Assembly: GCF_000150275.1 (NCBI RefSeq)
Contig: NW_002060943.1
Span: forward strand, 6,254,299-6,318,298
DNA length: 64,000 bases
Direction of reading: 5' to 3'
DNA from: Trichoplax adhaerens
Lineage: Eukaryota > Animalia > Placozoa
Part shown: positions 1-12,950 of the stretch, piece by piece
Layout of the letters: every line of letters starts with the position of its first letter
Position numbering within the stretch: the first letter of the stretch is position 1
Notes under the pieces: model-generated
Told to the model about the DNA's origin: nothing
Seen by the model: only the letters and a program-made list of their open reading frames with translations
Databases searched by the model: none
Translations under genes and position numbers: made by a program

Positions 1-2650
1 GGTACAATAACAGGCAGACACTAGCCATTTTTATGAGTAAGTTCATACCGAAAAGAGTAAAAGACTAAAAGTATATAAATTACAAATTAGCAAAGGAGAA
101 GGAAAATGGAGGTAAGTTTGTTGAAATGCACTACTCATTCGTCAAAGCAACGGTGCAGCTATCCAAATACTCTCTACAATTAGCCGCGTACCCGTAGCGC
201 TAGATTGACAAAGTGAAGTGGTCAGCAGGAAAGAAGAATAAGCAGATGAAAAAAAACCGACTAAAAGAGTGAATTGTCCATGCGGTATCGAGCTTACCTC
301 AGTAATGTTATCATAGTGTCCTGTAGCTTCTAAAATCAAATGCTGTCTAAAAAGGGTAAGATTTTGATCGCTATAAGATATCGTGGTATCATTATTTTGG
401 TTTAAACCAGCATCTTTTAATAAACGAGTGAATTCCGACAGTGCCAAGTGTTGCTGGCCATTGCTTGTCCATCTTGGATCGTATTTTCGATAGATGTAAT
501 CAAGAAATTCTCTATCGTAACCAATAGAATGGCAAAAGGTTATGGTAAAGTAACTCATAAAGAGAACAGCAAGTAAAAGTTTCAATTTCATCATGACTGA
601 TGTATCGCAGTGGATTGGATAGAGTAATCTTTGAAGTTAATCTTGTCCCTCAACGAGCAGCAATTTTCAATCGACCTCAAGCTACGGACTGTTAATTTTA
701 TTTAATAATGGCTATTTTCGACCATCATGCTTTGATTATACAGTATAGCGTAACATATGAGTATGGATACTGTCCAGTCTCGACGCCGTCCAGTCCTGGT
801 ACAGTACGGTATAATTATTATTTTGATCGACATCAATAGATGTTGACTGGATAAAAAGAGTAGACAGCTGCACGTGTTGTGATCAGTAATAGTATTACCA
901 ATTGTAAAATGGTTTTGACCAGCGCTACATGTATCACTGGCTGATAGTTTATGTTGGAAACTTTGAAGAAATAAAACATCACAAGCCCATTGCTCAAGGT
1001 TGTACTGATTTATCAGCATGGAATTTATGCCACATTGAAAAGTCCATTGCTTTTAAATTGAAACATATAATTTAAGGCAACGCCATAGCTGAACATCTTT
1101 CAACCATTATAATCATCGTAATTTTATTTGACAGAGTTTGCCACGCCTCTGCATGCTTGGTTTTTACTGGTTGCAATGTGATGAAAATGGATGCCGCCCA
1201 GTATACAGTATTGCAGTCGTTAGCGGACTATACCAGCATTTAACGAAAAGGTCACGCTGCAACAATCCTTTGATGTTGTTCTCACATCGCACTGGCATAC
1301 CATACAAGAAGCAGCCATTCAAATGGTTCCAATCGGCATCCAACTGTCAATCATTCATTGAAGTAGTACTTTTGTAAGGTAGTTGCGCCTATGTACCCAT
1401 CATCTCCATGGAGGCAAGAATAGAGATCGATAGAATCAGCCATTTTCCTATCGTGTCTAAAAAATAAATTTGTAATTAGTAATTGACGCGTTGGTTGGTG
1501 CCCCGTTCGTTGAGTGGGGTCGTTTTCTACTGCAGTTGTATTGGTAGAATCGATCATTGCTGAGCTTTTGCCAAAAGACACACACAAAAAATCGATCCAA
1601 ATTTTCCAATAGATACTCCATATACAGTATAATACAATATAGTACTGCGTTCTTGTATGGCTATCCAATTGATGTTGGCCTTATGCAAATAGACACAAAA
1701 GGAAAAATTGACCTCGACCTTTTAATAGACGTACTGTAGTAAAGTAGGTATCGATCAATCGAATAGGACTAATAGCTGCCACGTTGTCAATAAATACTTC
1801 TTGTAGATTCTAATCCCTCAACATGGTTATCAGTTAACCGGTCAGAATGAAACAGATGATGTTATCACTACCCGTTCTACCAACCAACGAATTATCCCGT
1901 TAAGTGAAATTCAATGAATTGTCTAGCTTAATTCTAGATTGATCCATACTTTTATTAATATTACTAGTAGTCTAGTATTTGTACCAGGTAAATTTTATTG
2001 GATAAAGTTTGGCAGAGTACTTTTTAAAACGTATACAGGCGTAGGGACTGGTAATGATAGAAACTTCTTGACTCGAATACTACCCTGCGACTACTTTCAT
2101 CGCAATCTTCTGAATGCTTTGCCATGGAGTATGTCTTGAGAAATCCAGTAAAGAGTGTACATTCAATTAAACTGTAGTCTACAGTACTGCATATTGATTG
2201 ACCCACGGTCGATTAACTGATTGACTATTACCTGCTATCGTAAGCAGCTCTTCCGCGAGAAATAGAATGGTTCATGGCTGTATGACTAGAATTAAGAGGA
2301 TACAGTACAGAAGAATGAAATGAAATTTGTTGCTGTGCACTCCATGTTTTACTACGGTAGCTAAGCTCAGACATTCTTTCAAAATGAGGCGGTAGAGCAG
2401 AGATGCATAGCGATGTGTCATGATGACTTCTTATTATGGATCATTTGCATTCCAATAAAACACTACTGTTCGTACTGTAACACATGATGAGAATGATGTC
2501 TTTGAAGAAATAGCATTAGTCTCCTTCTACAATAGCTTGTTGGTCGTATATTGTAGTGCATAGTCTCGATCAATTTGACAGAGCTCAGATCAAGTGTATT
2601 AGAGAGGTTGACAAAATTTTACCATGTAGCCACAGGTGATGAAAATGAAT
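1..2650. repeat. Segmental tandem duplication, copy A (ZIP intron 1, exon 1 and about 2 kb of upstream DNA)
   Basis: Colinear similarity to ~12350-15375, e.g. ggaaaatggaggtaagtttgttgaaatgcactactcattcgtcaaagcaacgg, aatagctgccacgttgtcaataaata, agctcttccgcgagaaat and gtctttgaagaaatag. Confidence 0.9.
298..594 (-). CDS. ZIP8/ZIP14-like (SLC39A LIV-1 subfamily) metal transporter, copy A, first coding exon only; the gene continues beyond the left window edge
   Basis: 297-nt exon encoding a signal peptide and ending ...HYDNITE|GTAAGC. Same length and closely similar sequence to exon 1 (12654-12950) of the complete ZIP gene downstream. Confidence 0.85.
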
Positions 2651-3302
2651 ACAGTACTGCACTGTCGATGTGACTACTAAGAGAAAAAAAATGCACAATC
2701 ATCACTTGTAAAACTAATTTTTTTTACTGCACTACATTGGTCATTCAATGTCATTGAAAGTGCATTTGGATCCATTGGATTGAATGAATCCCTCCTGCAT
2801 TCCTGCTATTTTTTTCTTTTTAATTTGCCTAAAAGGTTTCATTCTAGTAATTTATTCCATGGGTGATCAGGCCAATTATGAAGTGAGAAATGGCAAACGT
2901 TGATAACCCTCAATTAAACTACGGTTGTACTTACTTTCAATACAGTGGGTAAGGTACATCAGTGGACATAGCCATGATACGATGACTTGATCAGGTTGGA
3001 GGGAAATGATTTCCAAATAAAAATGGAATAAGTCAATGGTCCAACTTGGAAAGGTATTTCCACTTCCTATTAGCTTTCCTCGCTCCCAAAATGAATTTGC
3101 AATAGAAAGAAACTTTCAATAGTGTTATTCTATTTTTATACCTGTCCAACGTTGATATTTTCCCATGATGACTTTAGAGCTTTGCGGCCTTGATGAATGT
3201 TTTGAGAGGCTTGGGTAGTGCGTTATACAATACGCTAAAATACAAGACATGATATAGAATCTTCACCGACATCGTTATTGAGTACCGTTGTCAATCATCG
3301 CA

Positions 3303-4900
3303 AAGGACTAACGAGAATTGGAGATGCATTGCGAGCATTTTGTACCCGAGGTAAGGTTCCATACGGTACTCTTCACAATACGAAATAATATCACATCTTC
3401 GCCAATGGCGTGATTTACTATGACATCCCTGACCGCAATGCAGCACTAGTGCATTGCGGCCTTTCATCAAGTCTTTGCGACCTTCGTCGGCTAAATCCAA
3501 CTTGGAACTCGTCCCTTTTGTTGATGCTTTTAGTGCACTGCGGTCGTCAAAAGTCCTTTGCGATCGACAATTATGGCAAGCATGTTTTCATCCTTTGTAA
3601 AATGGTTTTACAGACTGGATGCCTACTTCACGAAAGCTGCTCTAGGCCATGACTGAAAATTGTACTATGCTAGAATAATTCCTTTCTGATGTCTTGCTTG
3701 ACTTCACTTTATTGCATGCGTTGACTTGGTAGTTCTTCTTCGGAAGATGATCTGCATGGAGATCTTTACAGACTGGATACCTAATTAACATGACTGAAAA
3801 TTGTACTATGCTAGAATAATTACTTTCTAATGTTTTGCTTGACTTCACTTTATTGCATGCGTGACTTGGTAGTTCTTCTTCGGAAGATGATCTGCATGGA
3901 GATCTTTACAGACTGCATACCTACTTCACGAAAGCTGCTCTAGGCCATGACTGAAAATTGTACTATGCTAGAATAGTTACTTTCTGATGTTTTGCTTGAC
4001 TTCAATTTATTGCATGCGTTGACTTGGTAGTTCTTCTTCGGAAGATGATCTACATGGAGATCTGCATACCTAATTAACATGACTGAAAATTGTACTATGC
4101 TAGAATAATTACTTTCTGATGTCTTGCTTGACTTCACTTTATTGCATGCGTTGACTTGGTAATTCTTCTTCGGAAGATGATCTGCATGGAGATCTTTACA
4201 GACTGCATACCTAATTAACATGACTGAAAATTGTACTATGCTAGAATAATTACTTTCTGATGTTTTGATTGACTTCAATTTATTGCATGAGTGACTTGGT
4301 AGTTCTTCTTCGGAAGATGATCTGCATGGAGATCTAGCTGCGTACATCATAGGTAGCTAATACTATATTCAATTCAATCCATTCTATTTTTAATAGCTAG
4401 TAAATCAATCTACATCGTTGCCGGATGCCTTCCATTATCATTTATCAATGCTGACTCAGTCGGTAGCCGCGTACAGTAAAATATCTTTACCAAAGCTGAG
4501 GAAGCAGTACTATATCAAGGTTTAGCGTTAAAATAAATCAATATCGGTCTAAGACGGAGTAATCTAGGACTATACTACACGTTCTGCAAGTGCTAACGAT
4601 CATACATTCTCTATTCTGAATGATGAAGCCACCGATGATAGCGTGAAAATTTTGAATTTGGTCATGGAATAGCGATTGAACCAATGCGTCAACATCAACT
4701 ATCACCGTACACACAGTATTCACAGCGTAAAGGCAGCGAATACTGGAAAGAGAAAGGGACAGGATACGATCGTTGGCTAGCGATGTGTAGGCCGACTTTT
4801 TGGCTGATCATTTCAAATGTACATTACTGACAATCCGTACTTGTATTCTAAGTACACGACAGAACTCCAAATCATCTGCTAGATTGGTCTTGCACAGAAA
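3303..4900 (+). mobile_element. Degenerate hAT-superfamily DNA transposase relic (frameshifts, stops, internal deletions)
   Basis: Fragments on the + strand lie in hAT order: BED-finger-like LTRIGDALRAFCTR (~3309), then LPLSFINADSVGSRVQ*NIF/TKAEEAVLYQGLA (~4408-4530), then the catalytic-D motif FSILNDEATDDSVK (4607-4648), then AANTGKRKG (~4735-4760). Recognised by eye from motif memory. Confidence 0.5.
3606..4335. repeat. Tandem array of ~5 units of 132-157 bp (modal 141 bp)
   Basis: catgactgaaaattgtactatgctagaata recurs at 3648, 3789, 3946, 4078 and 4219. Two junction variants alternate (ctacttcacgaaagctgctctaggc and ctaattaa). Confidence 0.95.
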
Positions 4901-4991
4901 CTTACGCTATAGTTTCGCTTATATTAGATTGAATGTGTAACCGTAACGGATCAATTCAAAAAAGGATCCCAGTCTTTGAATTGCAAAAAAA

Positions 4992-5064
4992 GGATCAATT
5001 CGATTAGACGTCGGTCTAGCAGAGTAGAGCAAAACTTGCTAGGTCCGTCTAATCCAATTGATCC
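4992..5064 (+). other. 73-nt imperfect inverted repeat / stem-loop
   Basis: GGATCAATTcGATTAGACGtcGGTCTAGCA pairs with TGCTAGGTC-CGTCTAATCcAATTGATCC. Confidence 0.85.
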
Positions 5065-5545
5065 AGTGTAACAAGACATAGAGGATGAGTTAAACTAAGT
5101 GTTGCTCGAGTTTTATAAAGCAAACTTATGGATTGCGGCTGGATAATGTCGAGCAAAGCAAACAGAGTGACTGTCCTTTAAGTTAATAACGACACTAGAG
5201 ATGGTAACTACAGTATGATGACACTGCTATGAATGCCTATGATATTCCGCCGGTTCAAAGAACGCGTAGCTCTGTACTTGATTTCGGTAGCGAGTACTCG
5301 CTCGCTATATGAGTATTTCATGGACTATGCTGTACGAATACTCGTACTTGTACTTTTTACTTTACATTATCTATTTAATTTAACCATTTCAATATTCGAC
5401 GTATCATTTTATTACAGATTGCGTTTAAAAGGAAAACTTTGGATCTACTGCTACCATAAGTCAGTATAGCTTATGCTACACGTTTATAACATCCTGTACT
5501 TCAAGGATTCTCAAAGTTAAAATCCCTACTCTATTATTTGCTATC

Positions 5546-5747
5546 AAATTATTCTGTTTCAAGCTACAATACGACATACAGCATCTCCTGTCGGATAGCG
5601 TCATTTACTACTGTACTATACTAGGCTGATATTCAATGACATGATCACGAAATTGTTCTGTTTCCATCTACAAAATGCGAAATCCAGTATCGGATAACAT
5701 CATTTACTACTGTACTAGACTGTTATTCAAGGGCATCATCCAAATTA
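5546..5747. repeat. Diverged ~104-bp tandem duplication
   Basis: aaatt.ttctgtttc...cggata..(g/a)tcatttactactgtacta...attcaa occurs twice. Confidence 0.7.
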
Positions 5748-8154
5748 TATGCACACGATTTAAGTTTTAAAGACTGAAACTTCAAGTACAGTCATGATAC
5801 CTACTCCTACGCTTGTATTAACTACGTCTTAGCAATCTATCTTAACTCAACATCAGTATTTTGAACGACATAGAAACGTCGCTAATCTAATTGGAATCAA
5901 TCTGTTCTCCGTTAGCACTTTACGCTAAAGACTGGTCATTGAAGGCTGTAGAAATAATAATTGTTGATAAAAACTACCTACAATAGTGATGTATATTGCC
6001 TGTAGCAGATTGTACAGTTGCAGTATACTGCACGTGGACGTAAGTTAGTGTCCATGGCATCAGTCAAACTGCTGTACTACATAGTACGTTTACAAGTGGA
6101 GTAAAAATGCCATTATTTTGTCTTGAAATACTTCTATCCTTTTGCTTGAGCTAATTTTGACTATGACGGACTACCATATTCAAAATGATTTTAATACCAT
6201 TCATTATTTTCAATCAAGCTGCAGTATTCCGTTCAAATGATACGTTTGAATAATAAGTACTTGCTGTTCGATCGACATCGAAGCTTTCTGTATTATGCAC
6301 CATTGCTAAACAACTGATCTATGGCCGATTGATGCTACTGATGGTCTAGGATACAAGTAGCTGTCTTTGCCATAGATTATACTGTATAAATTATAACATA
6401 GTCATAATTTTGTATTCAATCCATTTCCTGTGCTGTACAGTATACGCGCATACCCGTAACTACTATTGACAGTAAAAATATTATTACACGAACAAGATTT
6501 CAATAGAATTGTAAGTAGGGATAAGAGTGATGGATGTTTCCACTTCAGTAGTTTCTATCAAGTTCGCCATCATTGCTATTAATTATATAATTATAGTCGT
6601 ACACTTTGGTGCATGAGAAACTATATCAAGTATTGTTAATATGAATTTTTAAATATGGGAACGATAAAATTAGCTTTGATGCGACCAATTATATATATGG
6701 CAGATATATACGCATTAATGTAATGAACAAGTTAAAAGTTATTTTGATGTACGTTTAAATATTAAAATTGCACTATGCCGTGACCGCTGTATCGCCATTC
6801 TTTCAATGACCAGATCGTGTTTTGATCGTTTTTTTATATCGTATTTATTGGTAACAGTAAATAAAAAATTGAACACAATATTAATGTTTTGCGCATTTGA
6901 AATGGCCGATGAAGCGTTGAAAAGCTTACCATGCCACATTGCATATCATAGATATCGATGTCCTGCTGGCATATTCCTTAGGTCTTAGTTTAATGCCATT
7001 GCAATCTAGGTAACTTTTGCAAATATGTATACCGTATGTAACGTTACGATCCAATGAGATAATCATAGTTGGAAACGCTCATATAAATTAATATGGTATT
7101 TCGTACAGTTAATTTATGCTGTAGTAATACATTACAGGATAGAGACTCGTCGATTACATCTAATCCCAAATTTGTAATATAGAATTAAAGTCTCGATAGG
7201 AACTTTACGCCTTACAATGAATTGGTTTATAGCCTTTTCATGCTACTACGTTATTATACTTTCGAAACACACAACTACTGTAACTAGTCGAAATCACTAC
7301 ACACCTTTCAGTATCTTCATTTATTAAAGCAGTACGATTTCGCAATGTGTGTATATGTACAACGCAGTAGTCATTGCAGCAGTTAATATAAATTTTACTA
7401 AAAATTTCCTAAGATTATCACCTCAGATTTAGTTAGGGCAAAGAATGGTATTATGCTCAAGCTACGAGTAAGTAGAAAATAAAATTGAGTTACCAATCCA
7501 GGGAAAATTTTATTCTTTTCTTAGCAGAATCTACAAATTATACTCCGCAGTTGAAATTTTATAAGATTAAGTAACGGACTACTTCTATGAATCTATCGAT
7601 AGGCCACCAGCACATTACAACGAGCAGACGATGAATGTTAAGATTTTTATTGAGAGTTATTTATTATTTTTAATAATTTTATTTAGTAGAAGAAAATAGA
7701 AAATTTATGTTACAGGTTACTTTGTAAGGATAAATTGCAATCGATTTTCATTCTTCCAATCCATGTTATGTTAGTTAGCAATAGTGAATAGCGATTACAT
7801 TCGTAAATTGTAGTATAATTGTATCAGTAGAAGTTCTTGACTTTGGTTGTATACTCGTATATTCAAAACTAAAAATTTTTAGCAAAGATTTAACCTAATA
7901 TCATTTTATTATCGCATGATATACCCGTATACCTTACGAACGATAAACATCGTATGATGTCGTCTTTATAAAGCGAGCTTTAGTACATTTCATTCAGTAA
8001 AATGACATTCTATTTTACAGATCATTTTGTTTGGATTGCTTCGTGCTAGAAGATCGGCATTATTCACCGTAGGACGCATACACGACATAAAAGCAATACG
8101 ATTAAATAGAGAATTAGGTGGGATTGTGTCATGAGTACAGACCCATGAGTTCAT

Positions 8155-8355
8155 GATCGAAGGTCTACATTCTCCACAGTAGATAGCACATTACACAAGC
8201 AGAAATTTTAAATTTTACAGTTCAGGATTATATCGTCCGTCGCGGAGGTCTACATTTCTTACCGTACTGCAGACTATGCACATAAAGTATAAAAAGTTTA
8301 TAATTAATTTTACGAGAATTGCGTAGTCATCAAGGTCTACTTTTTTCACTGTACA
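8155..8355. repeat. Three degenerate ~86-bp units downstream of ZIP copy B
   Basis: The aggtctac core recurs at ~8161, ~8246 and ~8333 with similar flanks. Confidence 0.55.
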
Positions 8356-8464
8356 CGTTGTAATAAAACAACAACGGAAAAAAGGGACAGGAAATGATTA
8401 TTTGATCAATTTTACTTACTATTAATGAGCAGTAAAATTTAATCTTCTTTTAGGAACAACTTCT

Positions 8465-11400
8465 TCAAATCTGAATGTCATTTTCATAAACAGCTAAAAC
8501 AATCATTATTCCGAATCCAGTTAACAATCCAATGTTCTGTATAAGGAAAAGGGACCAAAAACTTGATTTCTTCGCCTTTTTTTCACCGTTATCGTCTGAC
8601 AGTTCTAGTTGCTCAGTCATTTCCGGTAACTTGTAATATTAAAATTGTTAATTTAATTATAAGAGTAAGTAAAATCGGAATTATTACACTATCTTTACTT
8701 ATGTATAGGTAATCCATTTATGATTATATACAAAATACTTTTAATTTGCTATTGGCTCACCATTGCGGCTAACGATATATAAAGGAATATCCCAGCAGCA
8801 ACTCCAAATATGTACTGACTGGCAGCAGGATCTTCTCCAATTAAGATGCCAAATGCCAAGCCAATAAAGCAGGTAGAAGCACAGAAGAAATTACACATAG
8901 CGGCTCGCTTTACCGACATTCCGGAATTAACGAGGATAGCGAAATCGCCTTGACACGAAAATATTAAATGTATGCGATTTACACAACATAATTAAAATTT
9001 CATGTTGATATACGAATTTCAGTTTATTCTAAAATTATGAATTTGTAGTTAAGTAGATCGAGAGATTAATAGAAGTAAATTGTTACCGAGTTCATGAGGG
9101 ACTTCTTCGCAAAGTATGGCGATTGATGTACTGATTCCTTGGGGTATCGAAGTTTTAAAGGCTGCACCCATAGCTAATCCATCAGTAAAGTTGTGGAGGG
9201 CATCACCAATTAATATCAGCCAAGCAACACTTGCAATCACCTTGGGTTTTTTCTTGGTCACCACCTCAACACCTTCTATGTTAAAATAACAGCACAGCAA
9301 TACGATATATTAATGTCAACCTTGACGTAAATTAAAATAAATCATCAGAGAAGATAGGATTGTGGATTAAGGGAGCTAGGTCTACCTTCATTTGTTGTGT
9401 CAGGATTTCTAGTATTAATTTGATAAGAAATACTATTCATTCTGACAATACCAACATCTACGTCCTCTTCTTTACTAGCTAGGTTAGCGTTCTAAACGAT
9501 ATAGAGTATCGAGATGTGAGAATTTAAACAGGTATGAGGCTTCAATAATTGATTAATAATTCCTTAATATGAGCTTGCATTAAAATGGATAAATACGAGT
9601 ATGATGTACAGTAGTAATAATCTTGATAGTTGTTTCCTTGACCTACCCTTAGTTTTGATAAGTGTATAATTAGCTTGTCGAAAATATAAAAAAAGTAGAT
9701 TCCACCTAGGACAGCAATCCCTTTCACTAGCTCCTCGTATTTTGTTTTCGGGTCAAGTCCAAGGTTAAACGCCTAAATAGAAGTTGTTCAACGAATTAGT
9801 GATGAATAAAATAATCTGAATTTAAAATGTATACAAGTCGTCATTGCTTATAGTGTACATATACAGTACAGTGTATTTTCAGTATCATAAAATGTTTGGA
9901 AGGTATCGGATAGATTCTATGAAAAAATTAGGTTATAACAGTGGTAACCATACTAACATAATGATACTCACGCCTGGAATGAGATGTAATACAGCGTTTC
10001 CAGATAAAGTACTGACAGCGAGTGCTATCATAAATATCATTGCTTTCTTATACGTCGCTCCATTCATGAAAGGCAGTATAGCAGCTCCGAGGACAGATCC
10101 CAAACAAATAATCGTTGTAAATAGAATGCCGAATCCCCACACTACAAGTAGAACAGGGAAATCTTTAGTGAATAGCATTACTGTCGTATCACTATTTACA
10201 GTAATTGATTGAAGAAAGAGCCGGCATTCCTCTTGGTAAAGGATGCATTAAACATTGTTACTTACTTTTTACGAGGTCTTGTGCTTTGTTGGAAGGAGGA
10301 GCAAAATACTTGGTATTATTTTTACAAGCTTTACTCAGAACTTGTTGTAGAATGGCTGGGCATATAGATGAGAATTGAGAATACGAAATGCCATACTTCT
10401 CCTTAGCGTTTGCAATAATAAAGAAATCTCTGGAGGATAGGCACTAGAAGTAGAATACGCGTATATTATTCTGAGATAGCTTTAGCCAGACTCGAATGAG
10501 TAAATGAAAAAATTTAAAAACATTTAAGACTGTCAAATCAATCAGAGTCCCTTAATACTCGTACAGTAAATACTCGTAAGTACAAATAATAATATTTATC
10601 GGTGCATCCAGTCAGACAATGGTGCAGTGATATCAAGAGAAATTTATGATTTAGGTACGTATACTGAGTTTGTATGAAACAAATTTGTTAAATACAGATT
10701 ATGATATTGATAGATTTTTATCGTTTCTCACTTACATACTGTACGCTGTATAGTACTATAAATATATCTTGCTTTTAAGCCCTTTCAAGAAAATTACCTA
10801 AAATCTACGGAATTTGCGCGATTACTTTTGAAAATATTTTATTTGACATTTTGTACCCAAAGTTGACTAAAATTACGGTACTTAGAACAGTAAAATAACA
10901 AAAGAACTTGTATCAGTATTCACTCTGTAAGATTGGGAGAGAAGTGAAGAAAATTCCGTAAATATATTAAGCCCATTTAAGAAAAGTTGACTCTTATGCT
11001 GTATAATCTACGCAGGTTGCGATTATTTTTATTTCAAATTTTGTACCACAAGTTGACTGACTAAATTACTTTGGAATACGTAGTAAGATACAGCACTATG
11101 GCAATCGAACTTGGATCAGCATTGCCTCTGAAGGATTCGAAGAGAAAGTGAAAAAATTTCTGCAAATAAATGTATTGCTATATTGACATTGAATTCAAGT
11201 TAAAAGTAATGAATAATTCATAATCATTTATACAGTAGTCGTTTTGGGATATTTATGCATAAATCAGCATGATTAATCATAACTGAGTGTACTGTAATAT
11301 CATAGCTATTGTATAATGTACAGTATGCTGTAAACAACAAGGGGTTCAATAATTAGAATTAATTAATATAATAAGGGTTGCAATCCATGTACTGTATATT

Positions 11401-12950
11401 CACCACAATAAGGTAATGCATGAGCACGGTAATCAATACTGTACTTTGTACACAATAAATTACGTACATAAAGTTTCCGAAGTTTTGATGATGATCAAGC
11501 GCAGGATTCGCATGGGACATACAGTATATACTGTATTATCACAGTTAGGAACTTTCGAAGATTTGAACGATTGCATATGCACGTTGGGGATGACCGTACT
11601 AATTATTTTATACTTTAATTAGGTGGCCTTACTGCAAGTTTTGCATGCATAAAAATTAGGAATAGAATGACACCGCAACAATTATACTGTCATTATTATA
11701 ATAACTATGAATGTGAATATCTAATTTGGTGAGTAATTTTTTGGACTATTGCTACCATTAAAACAGCGAAAAGCCTTCTATATCTACTTCACTGTACGTC
11801 GTACAGTACAGTACAGTATATCCACATTTTGAATTGGGGCCTACTTTATACTACTATTATCGTGGGGGTACGTCTTCCATATGACTTCTAGTTTTACTGT
11901 AATGAGTGGTGCCATAAGCATCCCATTTCTTCAATAAAAAAAATTATTAATGAAAAAATAATAATGATGCCGTAATACAGATCATAGATCGACCTTAAAA
12001 TACGACTTGACTTATTGGTTCACATCTACAGTACGATAATCATGAATGGAGACAGCCACTGGTTCGCTGGGGTTTACATTTTGCAGTTTCTTGTCCTACA
12101 GTATTTTACTTATCAGAAATAGGCGCAGTACAGGGTGTTAAAGGGTGTTTAAAAAAGTCTTGTAAATAAAAGTGAAAAAAAATGTGACTTAAACTGAGCT
12201 ACAAAAATGGCTGTAGCATACAGCCATAATAAATACGTCTATTTTCATCAAAACATTGTGACTTGGCAAGCAAGCTGTACAATATGCTGTTGAGTTTTGG
12301 AATCGCGAGTATGGAGTAGAGTGAAACGATAAAATAGTATATACTGTACTGTTGTACAATAATAGGCAGACACTGCCATTTTACGCTAGCAAGTTAATAC
12401 CGAAATGAGTAAAAGTATATAAATGACAAAATAGGAAAGGAGAAGGAAAATGGAGGTAAGTTTGTTGAAATGCACTACTCATTCGTCAAAGCAACGGAGC
12501 AGCTATCCAAATACCCTATACAAATTACCCGCGTACCCGTAGAGCTACATTGACAAAATGAAGTGATATGTAGGAAAGCAGAAACAACACATGATAAGAT
12601 CTACAAGAGTAAATTTAATTGTCCAATGTTTATGTGGTAACGAGCTTACTTACCTCGGTAATGTTATCATAGTGTCCAGTGGCTTCTAAGATCAAATATC
12701 GTCTAAAAAGGGTAAGATTTCGATCGCTATAAGATACCCAGGTATCGTTATTTTCGTTTAAACCAGCATCTCTTAATAGACGGCTGAAATCCGACAGTGC
12801 CAACTGATGCTGGCCATTGCCTCTCCATCTTCGATCGTATTTGTGATAGATATAATCAAGAAATTCTCTATCGTAACTATTGGAATGGCAGAAGGTTATG
12901 GTAAAGGAACTCATGAAGATAACAGTGAGTAAAAGTTTCATGTTGATCAT
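8465..12950 (-). CDS. ZIP8/ZIP14-like zinc/manganese/iron transporter (SLC39A, LIV-1 subfamily), copy B, complete; 8 exons: 12950-12654, 10443-10266, 10141-9972, 9772-9647, 9491-9386, 9275-9087, 8948-8761, 8629-8465
   Basis: Phase-consistent GT-AG exons give a signal peptide, NITE|CLSSRDFF...CPAILQQ (PAL motif), WGFG TM1, [10 protein letters not shown] (TM4), [11 protein letters not shown] (TM5) and a C-terminal QNIGLLTGF...YENDIQI*. Confidence 0.93.
10800..11160. repeat. Diverged ~200-bp tandem duplication in ZIP intron 1
   Basis: aatctacg...gcgatta...attttgtacc.caa.gttgact...gaacttg.atcag.att..ctctg.a.gatt...agagaa.gtgaa occurs twice. Confidence 0.6.

Noticed and set aside
135-199. Apparent ZIP exon 2 (RYGYAANCREYLDSC...)
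   Set aside because: The paralogous segment (~12480-12544) has a 1-nt insertion and a stop, and exon 1 joins exon 10443 directly in phase (NITE|CLSS). This is conserved intron sequence from the duplication.
702-2206. Several 60-105-aa ORFs upstream of ZIP copy A
   Set aside because: No motifs, and the frames are not preserved in the duplicated region near 13000-14800.
3433-3459. 10-bp hairpin ccgcaatgca...tgcattgcgg
   Set aside because: Short, inside the decayed element, and with no further support.
3642-4350. Repetitive minus-strand ORFs (KSSKTSESNYSSIVQFSVM...)
   Set aside because: They are a by-product of the 141-bp (47-codon) repeat. Single-base indels and stops break the frame between units.
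4449-4459. AP-1/ARE-like TGCTGACTCAG
   Set aside because: It lies within the putative transposase relic (codons for N-A-D-S), is far from a start codon, and is short enough to occur by chance.
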